In this document: piece by piece, positions 1 through 13,500 of the stretch
Numbering within the stretch: the stretch's first letter is position 1
Layout of the letters: every line of letters begins with the position of its first letter
NCBI GenBank assembly: GCA_000934665.2
Contig: KZ538027.1
Coordinates: forward strand, 62,001 to 126,000
Source of the DNA: Catajapyx aquilonaris
Lineage: Eukaryota
DNA length: 64,000 nucleotides
Direction of reading: 5' to 3'
The notes under the pieces: model-generated
What the model was told of the DNA's origin: nothing
Databases searched by the model: none
Seen by the model: only the letters and a program-made list of their open reading frames with translations
Translations under genes and position numbers: made by a program

Positions 1-3000
1 AGAAATTGGGCCATACATTTTTTTTAAAACATGTTTGTTTATTCTGATAACTGCTGTTCGGACTGAATTTCATGACATTTGGTTTGCAATGGTGTAAAGT
101 CCATGTCGGTTTGCTGAGAGTGGATTTGTGTGCTAAGTAGTGAGTCAGGCAAATTGGATGTGCTTCTAATTTATGAAGCGGTAGCGCTTGTTATCACGTT
201 TAGCCCATTTCAAGAAGCATTTTTGTAGGTACCTTGCCTTTAATTAAGCAGAAACTTTATTTGTTTCATGGTTGAGAACTTTGCCTGCATTTTTGGTATG
301 TAACGAATATCTGTTAAGTACGGAAAGAACTGACAAACGTAATGAGCACTACATACTGCATTTAACTGTATTTTGAATTGTGTGGATGCAATGTATCGTA
401 TTAATATCATTTAAATTACGCTAGCTCTATGCTGCATTGTTAGTGTTGCCACCTGCTAGACTGTCACTTGAAACGGAGCCTCGTAATCACGTTCACCTAT
501 GTGGGAAGTGATTATCTTGTCCAACCATATTGCACAAGCAGATAATCCGAGTGCCACATGCTTCATTAGAGCCTTGAGAGTCTTTGAGTAATTAATTGGG
601 TTCCCAGTTGCTGTGTTCACGAGAATTCACCTGTTGTGAGGGAGACAATGGAGAGGAAAGGGACCCACTATTTTTGTTAAAATTATGAGTTCTTGGCCAT
701 GGTTTGCTTAACATTCTTGAGCTGGTGAGATGTGGTTTCAAAGCAGAAAACCCTTTCAGGTCAGTCGGAAGGTTATTTTAGCGCTCAATATTATTTGCAG
801 TTGCTGGAAGGTCTGCGATTGGCAGACAAAATAGATCCTAGTGTTGATGGGTCATCAATTCCAAGGTTATCACCTGACTTGCGCCAGTTGTGCACATTAT
901 GTTTCCACATTGTGAACACCTTTGTTGTGCAAGTTCCAGGTAGTGCACGTGAGATGCATCTATAATATTGCAAAAGTCTGTTGTGCCGCTTGTTGTAGCA
1001 CAAATTCATTATTTAGACTGTAACTTTGCTATTTTTAAGGAAGTTATTTAGCCAATTGACTTTTACAACTATGAGTAATATTATTTACTAGCGGAGTGCT
1101 CACATTATTATTATTGCTGGACAGATGGAGCTCTGCCTATCTTTTTACAACCGTTGTGTCACCCTGAAGGCATTTAGTACACTAGGTTTGTCATGTTTAT
1201 ATCATAATTTAAGTATGATGACATATTTAACACTGGCCATTAATTTTTTTAGAAGCGGCAGAGTAATAAAATATATCACATCGTAATAATTATGTGGTGG
1301 TGACATAATTGTTTTGTGTCCCTGCAACGGACGTGATTTCTGCAGATGACCTTACCGACTGTGCCCCTGAACGCCTGAAAATAAAAGCAGTGCTGTAACA
1401 ATGGTGGTTGAGTCTTAAAAAAGCACTGTTGTGTACACACACTCGAGATCAATGAGTAATGAATGACAGGGTGGTAAAAAAGGAGAAGGTATTCTTAGCT
1501 TCCCTTTGTTGAACGTGTGTCCAACAGTGAGTGGTACTTGCTACGCAAATACATTTCACTTACCTGGGTTCCAGTTGATGCAAAATGTTGTGGGGAGGAG
1601 GGTTGGGTGGGTGGGGGATGAATGACAGATTGAAAAGTTGTTATGAAGTTTCAAGATTGGCCTATTGCCTATTTGGACACACACCAATAACTCCCACAAG
1701 AAAAGCCAATTTCGTCAGTTTTGTTTCCTCCTCCTCCTTTTACGTAAAAATGATGGAATGCCGTGTAGATAAAGGGCCTCTGGCAGGATTTGTTGCGTCG
1801 TTGAGAAATTTTTGGGTGACGACAATGTTGGGATAGCATCACCAGTGTGGTCTCCGCATTCCCCGCACACACCCATACAGTGCGGTGCAAAATGCTTTCG
1901 GGGCATAGCTGAAAATTGACTCGACACTTTTAGCAGGCCCGAAGCTTTTAATGAGGCAGAAAATGTGGGTCACATGGCATAAGTACAGTTGACAGTTGTC
2001 CAAGGCTGTTACTCCCCTAGCCTCTTAAATAATGACCTTTAAGGATTGCTGGGGCCAGGTGAGTTGGCAGCCTGGCCGCAGGTAATCATCTCCCTCCAGG
2101 GACGAACGGTCTTCCATTCCAAAAGGTTGTTTTCAATTCAAACAAACCCGCCCCTCCGGGTGATTGATTATCTTTCCGGGTATAGTGGAAAGAAGTGGAA
2201 ATTGCTCCCATAGTGCGAGGATCTTAGGTGCTAACAGTTGCACGCCCACGTAGACGCTGGAATGGTATTTACCATAACACCAATTGAAATTCTTGGCACC
2301 TGCTCCTGAAACCGACTTTCACACTGCTACATACAGATTTGATATTGGTCGCGGACCTGGGCCGCTGAATTGACATAATTTGGGCTGGAAATTTATCGTT
2401 TTTTTTAACAATCCTGTCAGAATGCAGCCAGATTTATTTCCCACCAGATGAATAAGTCATGTTTTTCTGGAGGAATATTCCAGCTTTCTTGTAGTTTAAA
2501 AAAAATGACAATTTAGTTTCAGCGTTTTTTTCATATTTTGCAGAAAATGTGTTTACGCCTTCGTTGCATAATTTTTAAAAGTGTTCGTCTGTGTACTATT
2601 ACCGTAAAGGGGGCCTGGAGAGTGTCTTGCATTGCACATTCCATCTCCGTTGTATAACTCCAAGAGCAGATATCGCATTTGATGGCGGTAATTGAACATT
2701 GGCTGAAAGTACTTTGGTGCTTTCAAATATGATTTTGTTTCAATAAGTGACTCGCACCTTCAGTATTTATCGTCTTGGTAAACATGTTGCGGAAACCAAA
2801 TGACACCTGTCCGTAAATTGATTCTCTGGTTGCCAGGAGTTGGCTCAAGACGTTTGCCCGGATCATGAAACATCCTGTGCTTTTCGGGGTACTGCTTGTT
2901 AGGTTGGGACACCCGGTGTCGGTATGTAAGTGGGTGCCGTGTGGTGTTTTTGAGAGGCAGATAGAGGCAGAGGGGCGTGTGTTGTGGTGGGGGGCATGGT

Positions 3001-4586
3001 GCCAATCCCCCCTCCCATTTGAAAGGACCCTGGCGCTCCGGGAAGGAGGCTTCCGGAGGTCCTTGTTTGTTTTGGGACGGATCGGATAGGCATTTCGGCA
3101 GCTGCCTGGCACCTCAGGCAGACTACTTGGGACAATACTGCTCACTGATGATGGCCTCTCAACACAACCGATCCACCGCCACTCCTCCAGAGTACACCTT
3201 AGTGGTGGGATGAGCATATGGAAAGAAGAAGAAGAAAAAAAAAGAAAAGATATGAGGGAGAGCTATTTATAAATAGTTTGCAGGCCGGATAGTGATAGGG
3301 GTTCCAAATCATTTCACCCCCACGTTTTGCTCGATTCAGCGTTTGCGCGGTTTTTTTCCCGTTCAAAATAGGACCCCGGGGGCAGGATGGAGCCAAGAAT
3401 GTTGAACTTTGTAAATCGGATGGCAGGAGTCCAAAATATCGCTGAACTGCTTATTGGGAGTAGGCGGGAATATCATTATGGACTTGTTTCTGGCAGGTAC
3501 TCAGCTGGTAGATAAACACTTATTTTAAGAGAGCACCCAAGATGGAAAGCGAAGTACCAAAGTTGATCTAACTTGTAAGTGTAACCGAACGTGGGAGGCA
3601 TGCATGATTTGTTAAAATTTTTTTTTGTCTTAAATTTATCTTACAAGTTAGTGCAGTATTTTTACATACTACAGTACAATCTACATGAAGCGTCATGAAA
3701 TGTGATGGAATCTGCCTCGGACATTTCTTTCAAATGCAATTGGCATTGCTGTAATATGCAGGCGCAACACACGCAAAAGCAGGTGTTGATTTGTGAGGTG
3801 AATTTTGCAATATTTTTTCTCACGAGCATTTCATGTTTCAACAAGTTGTATAATTATTTTTTTTCCGTTAATCAAGGATTAATTTTTTGCTTGTGTTTTC
3901 AAGGGCATGAACTGAAAAAAAAGGCTAGCCGCATACAGTATGAGCGAATAGGCATGTTTATTGACTAGCACATTGCATACTTCCAGGCCCTTTAAGGCTC
4001 AAGTCACTCAAGAGTGTTTTTATAATTTTTTATTGCCACTTGTCGTGGAAGTGAAGTGTCTTCATTGCGGTGCCAAATGTTTCCTCATTCCTCAAAGTTG
4101 GGACAGTTCAGCTGTTTGTAAAAGCGTATGTCAGGACCTGTTGGGAGGCAAGATGACAGAAATGGTGGTTGGAGTCAGCAGAGAGAAAGCAGGTGGGTGG
4201 GTTAGGAGCTGTTAGAAAGAGAAAAAAAAGAGCTTAGGAGGTTTTCTTTTTTGCCGTGGTTTGAGCCAAGAGATTGCGCATCCCTCTTTGCAAGTATGCA
4301 GCCAGGGACCGTCCCATTTGACGCACTTTTTGGTTCTTATGCAGGACAGTACACCTGCCCTCGCAATATTAATGACTGCGACATCCACTTTGGAAACTCT
4401 GCCAGTAGGACACATTTTTGTGCATCACTTTTTTTTCCCCCTTCCCCCTGTTGGTTCAGCCTGAATGGAGATTTATGATGTGGAAACATGGAAAGAGTTT
4501 TGGAAACAAATTACAGGATGTGCATCTCTCTCTCTTTGCAGTGATGGAGGAATCCCTGGCGCTCTTGGTCGGCGGGATGGGTCATT

Positions 4587-7500
4587 ATGGCTGATCAAAC
4601 TCATGTGTCGACAATGCAACTATTCTATGAATTGAAGCAGAAATTCCCTGCCGTTCCCGATTTCATTGTCAGCGAATGCATCAAGAAAGTGAGCAAATTT
4701 CATATAATACGTTCGACAGGGACAACGGAAAGATATTTGAAAATTTCATGAATGTCTTGACTTATTTGGACTGACAATTGCATGTTTTTACATATTTTGG
4801 AAAGCTTGTTCTAAGTGACAGCAATGAGCTCTATAGTAACCGCATTTGCACCGTTTTCAAAGTGAATCGATGAGATTACGAGCCACCTGATAATTGACTG
4901 GAAGGCACATGTGCACTTGAAGTGGGTTTTTTTTTTCCAGCCTGGCAGAATTTGTTTGGCTCTCATTAGAAGGCATGTGAAGGAATTGCTGCCACATACT
5001 GATTGATGCCAAGGGCAAAATATATTTTGAGATATTGCTGCTGTGTAGCAGGTGATATTAGCCTGTCTAGGTCGGTTTATGAACCATGCAATGTTTTCCC
5101 AGGTTAATTATATTTGAGAGCAAAACGGCATTGACCGATATGCACCATTTTTTTTTCTCTTCCAGAATCAGAACGACAAGGGAAGATGTGAAGAGCAGCT
5201 TGTGAGGGCCAACGAGCACTACACTCACATCCAAGGTGCTGGGCAGGCCGCCAAGATGTATGCCAGCAGTGGGGGTGGGGGAGGAGTAAGTGGTGCTGCG
5301 GGTGCAGGAGGAGGAGGAGGAGGAGGGGGAGACACCCACCTCGCACATGACATACACAACCTGAGCCTTGGTCGGCTGCCTGCACCTCCGCCATTGCAGT
5401 TTCCAACAAGTTCACATCAAGCGGGTTCAAGTTTGCAGTATCCGACCACTTTGCAACCAGCACCCTTCCAGCATTTCCTAGGAGGCCCAGGTTTGCTGCC
5501 ACTTCCGCCGAGTTCCCAAGCTGGTGCGCAGCAGTTTTCGGCTGGTTCTCAGTTTCCGCTGGGTCCTCCCCACCCTCACTACCTCCCTGTGCAGTGGCCC
5601 AGACCTGCAACAGTGTCCAGTGTGGATGAAGCGCATCACCACCACCAACAAAGCTCAGTGTCCATGTATGTGAGCAGTGGCTACCATGCAACCCAGTCAG
5701 CCCCAACCACCCCACAGGTTCACCCACAGCCAATACCTCACCCGGAAGAGACCCGGTTCGACCCGGTTCGAAACATGCACTACAATGTACACAATTACGA
5801 GCTTAATGTCAACTACAGGCTTCGGAGTTCGCTTCCAGTGTTGCCTCCCCCTCCGCCACCGCCGCCGCCTCCTTCGCCTCCTCCCCCCAAAAGCAAGCGG
5901 CGCACAACTGAACTCAAAGTGGACCAGCAAGGTTTCTGGGGCATTGATCCCCCGCCACAGGCACCGAACCGACCGTACACCTCGGTCAACTTGACCTTGC
6001 GACCCCCGTCAACTGAACGGCAACCACCAATTGACATAAAGTCAGCAAGTTCTAGTTCAAGCCTGACTTACTCAACGTCCAGTTGCAATCCAGATCAAGG
6101 CTACCAGTCAAGGTTTCAGATTGAAATTGGTCCATCGGGAGGATGCATATCGGCAGTTAGAACCAGGATGCCTGGATTCCCACCCCCAAGTCCAGTGGCT
6201 CCCAGTGCGTCCCTAGTGCGGAAGATGCAGAGGCCAAGGTCTCACTACCAAGGGGATGAACCTGTGAGGAGTGAGAGGAAGTCATCACTTCCGGACGTTA
6301 GGGGAACTCATTTTGAGGCAGAGGATCCCGCTGCTTCTCGAGTGCCCCAGATGCCTGTCCTTCCCCATTCAACTCCAACAACTCCAACCCGGGCGAGGTC
6401 AAAGGGCAGCACGGAGCAAGGAGAACTAGCCTACACACAAGGTAGATATGCCTTTTCCACGCATTAATTTTACATTAACAATGTGTTGACACCAATTGTG
6501 TCCAGAAGTAAAGATAACCACTGTATTTACGATCGGAAGAAATAGCCAAGTAATTCCAGTGAGCTATGTCTGTAACCGTTACATGGCTTTTAGTGCAAAA
6601 CCAGCCGAGGGCACGGTTTGTAAATACCTCAGGACAATGTTGCAAAAGTGCCTCCTCATGGACGCCATTGTCATTAAAGCCAGTGGCAATATTGCTTTTG
6701 GCGCACCTAAGTTAGGCTCGACGAATGTCAAAATGGTGGTGTCATTATCTGTGGCATTGACATTAAAGTAGGTGATGATATTGTTCTTGGCGAACTGAAG
6801 GTACACTTGTCGAGCGCACTTGAACACCTGCTTCGTGGCATTGAGGACATTCTGGTGCAGAATTCCAGTCGTAAGAATTGTTCAGTACATTCAATTGAGT
6901 TTTTAAAAGAAGGTTATGACTGTGGCACTATAAATTCTTATCACTGTTATAGCAGGATGGCAGTGTAGATTATCTTTTTCGACTACATTGTTGTTGGAAA
7001 GTCGCAGTTTTTTCATTCTTTTGTACTGCGGGTCTTACTATTCAGTATTTTTCATTTGATGTGTCTTTCAATTACATTTTCTTGGCAATAAAACAGGCAC
7101 ACTGACTGAAAGTGACGGCTTCGAATAATAAGCAGGTTCGTGCCAAAAAATTCACTGCCTGAAATGGACGCTCTGTTGGACAGATATGCAACCTGTGGTC
7201 GCTATATTGTTTCTCGCAATGGTACCGTTTCCTGTTTCTATTGCGCCTAGATTATGACAACTTTGTATGCAACATGCAGGTTGTAGTGGCGGTCTTTTAA
7301 ATAATTATGACTTGCATCTGATTGTAGAACTTGCTAGAAATTTTTCTCATAGTTAATAAAAATGGAATCTTATTCATATTATTATGCCAAAATCTCACTA
7401 GGAGACTACTGTGTAACTCAAAGAGATGGAGACAATTTTGCATTGAAACCAAATGCATATCTTCCTGAGGATATAGTAGCCTACCTATCTAATTGGAATT

Positions 7501-10500
7501 GAAGGATTTGAATGAAACCCACAGTGGGTAAATTTATTGCACGCAAATCATTAAATGTGCGTTTACATGTGAGCGATTTGCCAAACAAAATCTTTGCCGA
7601 GGCTGAAATTAACAATCGACTTTCGCCTCAAACAATATTGGTTACTTGGGTTACTCAGCCTCGGCGAAGATTTCGCTCCAGTTCGCTCGTCAAATCACTC
7701 ACATGTAAACGCAGCTTTACCGTTGTGATAGTATAGGCTAAGTTACAAGCAAATGATGATTTAGCCATGCAAGGACTCAGAATTTCCATCGCATTCATGC
7801 AGGATCCAACAGGAAGGCCTATAGTGCTTGTTCATCACAATGAGAACATTTTAAATCCAGGCCTTCAGTTGCTGGTAACTCAAAAAAATGGCCACGTAAT
7901 TCATGCTTATGCTTTTACCTGAAATAATTCTGGGTGCTCGATTTACGCACTGCGCAAGTGACATTCAACTCCTTCATATCCAACTAGGTAAATACTCGTT
8001 GAAGGTGAGAGGTACTTGTCACAATTTATGGCACATTTTGGATTCCAGCAACAGTATCCTGATGTCTGTTTGCACATAACGTACTAGAGCAGTGCTTCCC
8101 AAACTGTGGGTCGTGACACCGTTAAATGTTTAGGGTTGCTAGGGATTATTTTTATAAAATTATTCTGTCTCTCTAGAAAAATATGCATCATGTTAAAGAG
8201 AAGATGTGTTAATAATGTAGTTGTTATTGTCGTCAACTACCACAGTAGGAGGGTACGTTAGAATTGGAAGTGGCTGTTGCGAATTTGACGAGACGATTTT
8301 CAGGGTTCACCAACTGAAAATTGATTGGGAAGCACTGTACTAGAGGAACAAAAGTCAGCTCATGTCTGCGTTAGTTAGCATTAGTTTCATAGTTAACATT
8401 TGGTCCTGTTCATATTATTTTTAAGTGCATTTGGTGACATTTGTTAATATTCTCAAGCTGTTGATAACTGGAGGGGGCTCATTCGTAAATTGTTCTCAAT
8501 TTTTGTACTTTTTAAATCACCTGTTCATAAACTTATGAATTGGTTTTTCTCATGCTAGGATGATGGCAAGAGAACGGTACAGTTAGAATTATGCTATGCA
8601 GTAAGTTTTACCTTACTCCCGGTTTTATTATAACAGGTATGATGATGTAATTGCATGGCACAAAGGGGCCAGTCAGTGCCACGATCCCATAGAAGCCAAT
8701 AGCCGACCAAAAAAAAAAAAAAAAGGTCGACTGTTCCCACCTCCTCATTCTCTCCTATAGATTTTTCTCACTAGCTGCGAGTTTCTTGGCCTGCAAAAGT
8801 CAAGGTCAGAGCATTACATCTGTGCTTCAGAAATAGTGCTAGGACAAATGATGCAGTGTATGAATCAATATTTATTGATTGACACATGAATATTTAGGTG
8901 TCAGCAACAAAACATTTAGCTTTCACTCACCTTTGTTGATTACATCACAATTTTTTTTGACGTGCATAAATATTTGGCGGGACGCGAGAGTGTCATGACA
9001 GTGGGCAGGATTCCAACTCGGTGGACAATTTTTGAAGCTTCAAGCCCCTATTTACGGACCTGTGAATGTCCCAATGTTGCTAATTACAGATTTTCTATTT
9101 ACACTCCTTCTGGACTAAACAAACTGCCGAGGCATTATATCATCCTCCGAGTTATTTTCCTTTCTCTTTCTGTAGAGGTTAAAGGCTACCAACTGATAGC
9201 AGCATGTCCTCTCATCCGTCATAGATATTTGCAGTTTTATCGAAAGCCTTGAGGGTTGGCGGGATGTTTTGATAGTCATTTAGCTCTGGGGTTTTGTGAG
9301 AAAATGGAGTTGTCATGTTCGTCTCTTGTGTACTTCGAAGCGCTGCTGTTGCACCAGCTGGACAGGAAGCGGAAACTGGAGGAGGAACTGGACCAGGAGA
9401 GGGACAAGCTGAGGCGACTGGAGACTGAGGTTCGGACCATGGAGCTGGAGCTGTACCTGAAGAGGCACAGGCTCCACAACCAGAACATGCTGCCTTGGGT
9501 CAGTTTCACGTTTTAAAATGTTTTTTATCGAACCTTCTTGCAACACCCCGTCATGCTAATGCTCAATATGCAACCTATACAGCATTACTGCGAGAAAATA
9601 TTTGTGCCCAAAAACAACAAGCAACAGGAAGTTAAGAGTGTTTACAGGCCTCGCTGGCGATATATTGGATATTAAGTAGGTTATGTAAAGTTGGGCTAGT
9701 TAGTAAGAAAAATGCGTAGGGGGGGAAACTGTGCCAAATGGACTTGTAACTACATCCATCTATTAAGTTGAGACCAGCTATTCTGTCTGAGAGTAGATAG
9801 CAAGGGATTCCCATAGGCAAAGTTGGGTCGTAATGTTTATTGCAGTTGATTTCACTTACTCCCAAATGATCGTAAAACCCGATTGTTAATGACTTACTGC
9901 GCGGTCTAAATTGGCATTGATTTAGACCATTTTATGACGCAACAGTGAATGCCATCTGCCGTTATGAATACTCGCAAGAGTTAAGAGTACTGCTTTGGCT
10001 ACGTTTATGCAAGTTGATGAGTTCATGCATCGGTTCAAGTCCAATTCTGGTTTTTCCTGCCATTGTGCAACAGCTGCCAGCACTTCTAACAATCACTGCC
10101 AGCGGATGAGCAGGAATAGCAGCTGTAAAATATTAATATTTTGCTTACCAGGCCTCATACCAGACCTGCGGACGCATTACAGACGTAATTTACTCTCCGC
10201 CCTCTTCGGATAACTCTTCGTCTCATTCCAAGTGGGGGGCCCACAAGTCTTAGGTTATGATTAGTTGGAATGCTGTCCTGACGTGTGGAAATATGAAAGG
10301 GAAGCTTCATAAAGGTATTCTTCAGGTGGGGTGTCTGGCAGTTTTGATGGAAATTGCCACACCCCAGCTATAATTAGATGGGTAGTGAGAAGAACCCCTT
10401 GCTTCTCTCCCCCTTCCCTTCATCCTACTCTCTCGCTCGAGTGTGTGTGTGTGCCATGCTGCAAGTGATCAAGAATAAACACATGAGGGGAAGAGACCTA

Positions 10501-13500
10501 AAGCGGAATTATCATGGCCAGCTCAAGATAACATGCAAATCGTGACGTGAAGAACGTCAAGGAAGATGCTCACCCCCGCCCCCCTCCGTCATCCGCGCAC
10601 ACCCTAAAAACCTACCCCACCTCTCTGGAATTTCACCTGCCAGATCCTCTTAAATTATCACTCGCGGAGGACTTGAGACAAGTTATTCACCCTGGGTGCA
10701 GGAGGAAATGTCACGTTGGGAGAGAAGTGGGCCACACGACTGCTGAAATTTGATTTGTATCGCCAAGTGGGTTATGTAAAGCCCAAGCGATGAGTGGCAA
10801 ATTGGTGCTTTTTTATGGGACAAGGTTTTTCATTTCTGCTTGACGGCAATTTGTACCGATTTTATGAAGATGGTAGGACCAAGGATATTGGACTGCCTTG
10901 TACGTAGGACGAGAATGTTTAAGAAAACCGCAGCTGGAATTTTCTGGGCATAAGCTATGTAGTTAGACATGATTCAACCAGTAGTGAAAACGCAGCTTTC
11001 TTGCAAATAGTAACAAAATAATTTGTCATAATTTACAGGAACAAGTACCTGTATTGTACCTGACAGTAACAATATTTTGCATTTTTGCAGCGCTCGCTAC
11101 CTGTTTGCTTCTGTTGTGGTCATTTTTTGAGAATTTCGCAGCCCCGTTCACGCCACGAGCATCAACCGCTGGATAAACTCGCCTGTTCAAGTGCACCGTG
11201 GTGATGTACGGGGACATCAGTCGCCATTAATAGACCACTTTCCAGTGGATATATCCCTTTCATGTGTATTGCATCAGTAGCTGACAGGTAGCTGAGCTAC
11301 GAATACAAATGATCATTTTGACATTCAGAACCGGTGGGGGGACCTATGAGGAAGGAGAGGGGGGGTAAAGTTAGAGCCAGGTATGTGTTGTGTGTAGGGT
11401 GTGCGGTGGGAGGATGAGGAGCAGTAGGCCAAATTGTGTCCCTGGATCCGGCCCAAGATGTTTTCAGCAGGCGCCAGACAGACAAAAGCGCTTTATTAAG
11501 CCCTCATCGGCGCCTCGGAGCAATTCCGTCACGATATGGGGCTACTGACACGACCGAGAGAGAGAGAGAGAGAGAGAGAGACCCAAGAACTCTGCGTCTA
11601 TTCACCTGTCAGCATCATATGAACATGACGTGACACCGCTGTTTATTTCCTGCAGTGAACTTGGTCGACCTTGTACCCCTAACCGGATATCACTATACAT
11701 TTACATGTCCCAAGAGAAATGCAGCTGTTGCTAGTAAACTAAGGATTTTTTGGGCTGGGCCCATGCCAGAGAGACTATCTTGACAAACACCCCCTCCCCC
11801 CCCCGGCATCCACCTCCCCCGGCGCTAAAGAAAGCTCAATTGGAACGCTGTTGCACATTTCTGTGCGTCTGGTCCGTCTCCTGGACACATGAATGGATAA
11901 GGGTCTGGCCATTTTTAGAAACCCTCTTACGAGACTAGCCGGTACATTACACCGAGGAAGGAATGCTCAAAAGGGGCGGACTGCACATATGAATCTCAAG
12001 GTCATTGCATATACAGCCTTTTCTGTAGCATCTCGGCTGATCTTTACTACACGACGAGGTGGCAGGAGTTGCGGTGGAGGAGCAAAGGACAGTTCAGAGA
12101 TCGTGTCCGAATGGGTGGATGTTTCTGTACAGCTTTTGCAGACTTCCCCGGCACTGTCGCTCTTTGTGATATTATGCGTTATGTAACCGCAAAAATTACT
12201 GTACATTCTGCAGGCCAATGAACGTTATTGTGGCTTTTCCACGGCGAGATGCATTCAGATGCACTCTCTGCGCCTTCACTCGGACTCCCGCCACTCCGTG
12301 GAGTAGTAAAAATCATCCGTTACAGCATGCAGTTGATTAATGACGATGTCACACTTGTCGCGGCGAGAAGCCTCACGCCCCATTATGATACACCACCGTA
12401 ACGTGTTGCGGTACGCCGCTCGTTACGTACTACAGACCGCGGAAAGCGTCCGTAGCTACAGCAATTTGTAAAACTCTATGAAAAATCACTGTACCAGAGA
12501 CTGGCGCTTGGCAAAGCCACAATAATGTTTTTGGCCTGCGGCGCACAGTGAGGACCGCATTGTTGGCAGATTCAAAACCCACAATAAGCACCTAGCTTGC
12601 TTTCGCTTGCATTGGTTTAAAAGAAATCATGAAAGGCGACGAACCGTGCCTGGCAGGGCCACAACGGCAATTTGTAAAACTTGATGAAAAACGAGGGGTG
12701 CCAGTCTCCAGGTAGATTAAGGTTGCTACTCTTTCCGCAAATGACGTGTGCAATCGAAAGACGTTAGACGCAACGTCACGTTAGACCGTGACGAGGAAGA
12801 AGGTTGTGTATGCTAGAGCATGGCATAGAGCAGGGATCTATTTCTATCCACGTCCTCGACCCACGCATCCGCTGCCTCATCAAATCTGGCCCCTACCTAC
12901 CGGAAGACCAAATACGTAACTTGTCGTAACTTTATGAGGAGCTGGTAGCAAATAAGATTTGCATGGCACTTAGGTAAATGCACTAAAGATAATGATGCCA
13001 ATTTTTTTGTGCATGAAATTGTTGTTGACATTCTGCGGATTATCCTGCATTATTGGAAGGACTTTTATGTCGACAGTTTCTGGCAGCAATATGACGCAGT
13101 AATGTCGCGACAGACGCTGTAGTGTTTGTTTTGGACACGAGAATGGTTCAAAAATGCTGCCAGGAGAAAAAACATGTTGGCACCTTGAATAGCGCTGTTT
13201 TTTTTTTTTTCAAATTTGGCATATTTTCTGCAAATTTTTCCTCACCTGCTTATGCTGAGTGGAGGGGGTTTACTAACGTCACAGGAACTTATTCGAGTGG
13301 TGAATGGAGATGCTTGCTATGTGATGTGGAAACATGCATTTACGTAGGGGCCAACCTTTTTGCGTCATTCATTTGGCAAGCCAAAAAAAAAAAAAATCGA
13401 GGCGGGCCCACCTCTAATAAGACTAATTTTTTCAGGCTTACACATTAGATATTTTAAGGATGCGAAAAGTCTGGGTCAAGGGCAGGCTTTTCCAGACTTT

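Noticed and set aside
1592..1617. G-quadruplex-capable G-run motif
   Set aside because: G/C runs are common across this window and nothing links this one to a function.
2723..3217. 164-aa ORF and overlapping ORFs upstream of TAB2
   Set aside because: No recognisable domain or convincing exon structure. This is probably TAB2 5' UTR or intron sequence.
5067..6037. Alternative-frame and antisense ORFs over TAB2 exon 2
   Set aside because: They are shadows of GC-rich low-complexity coding sequence.
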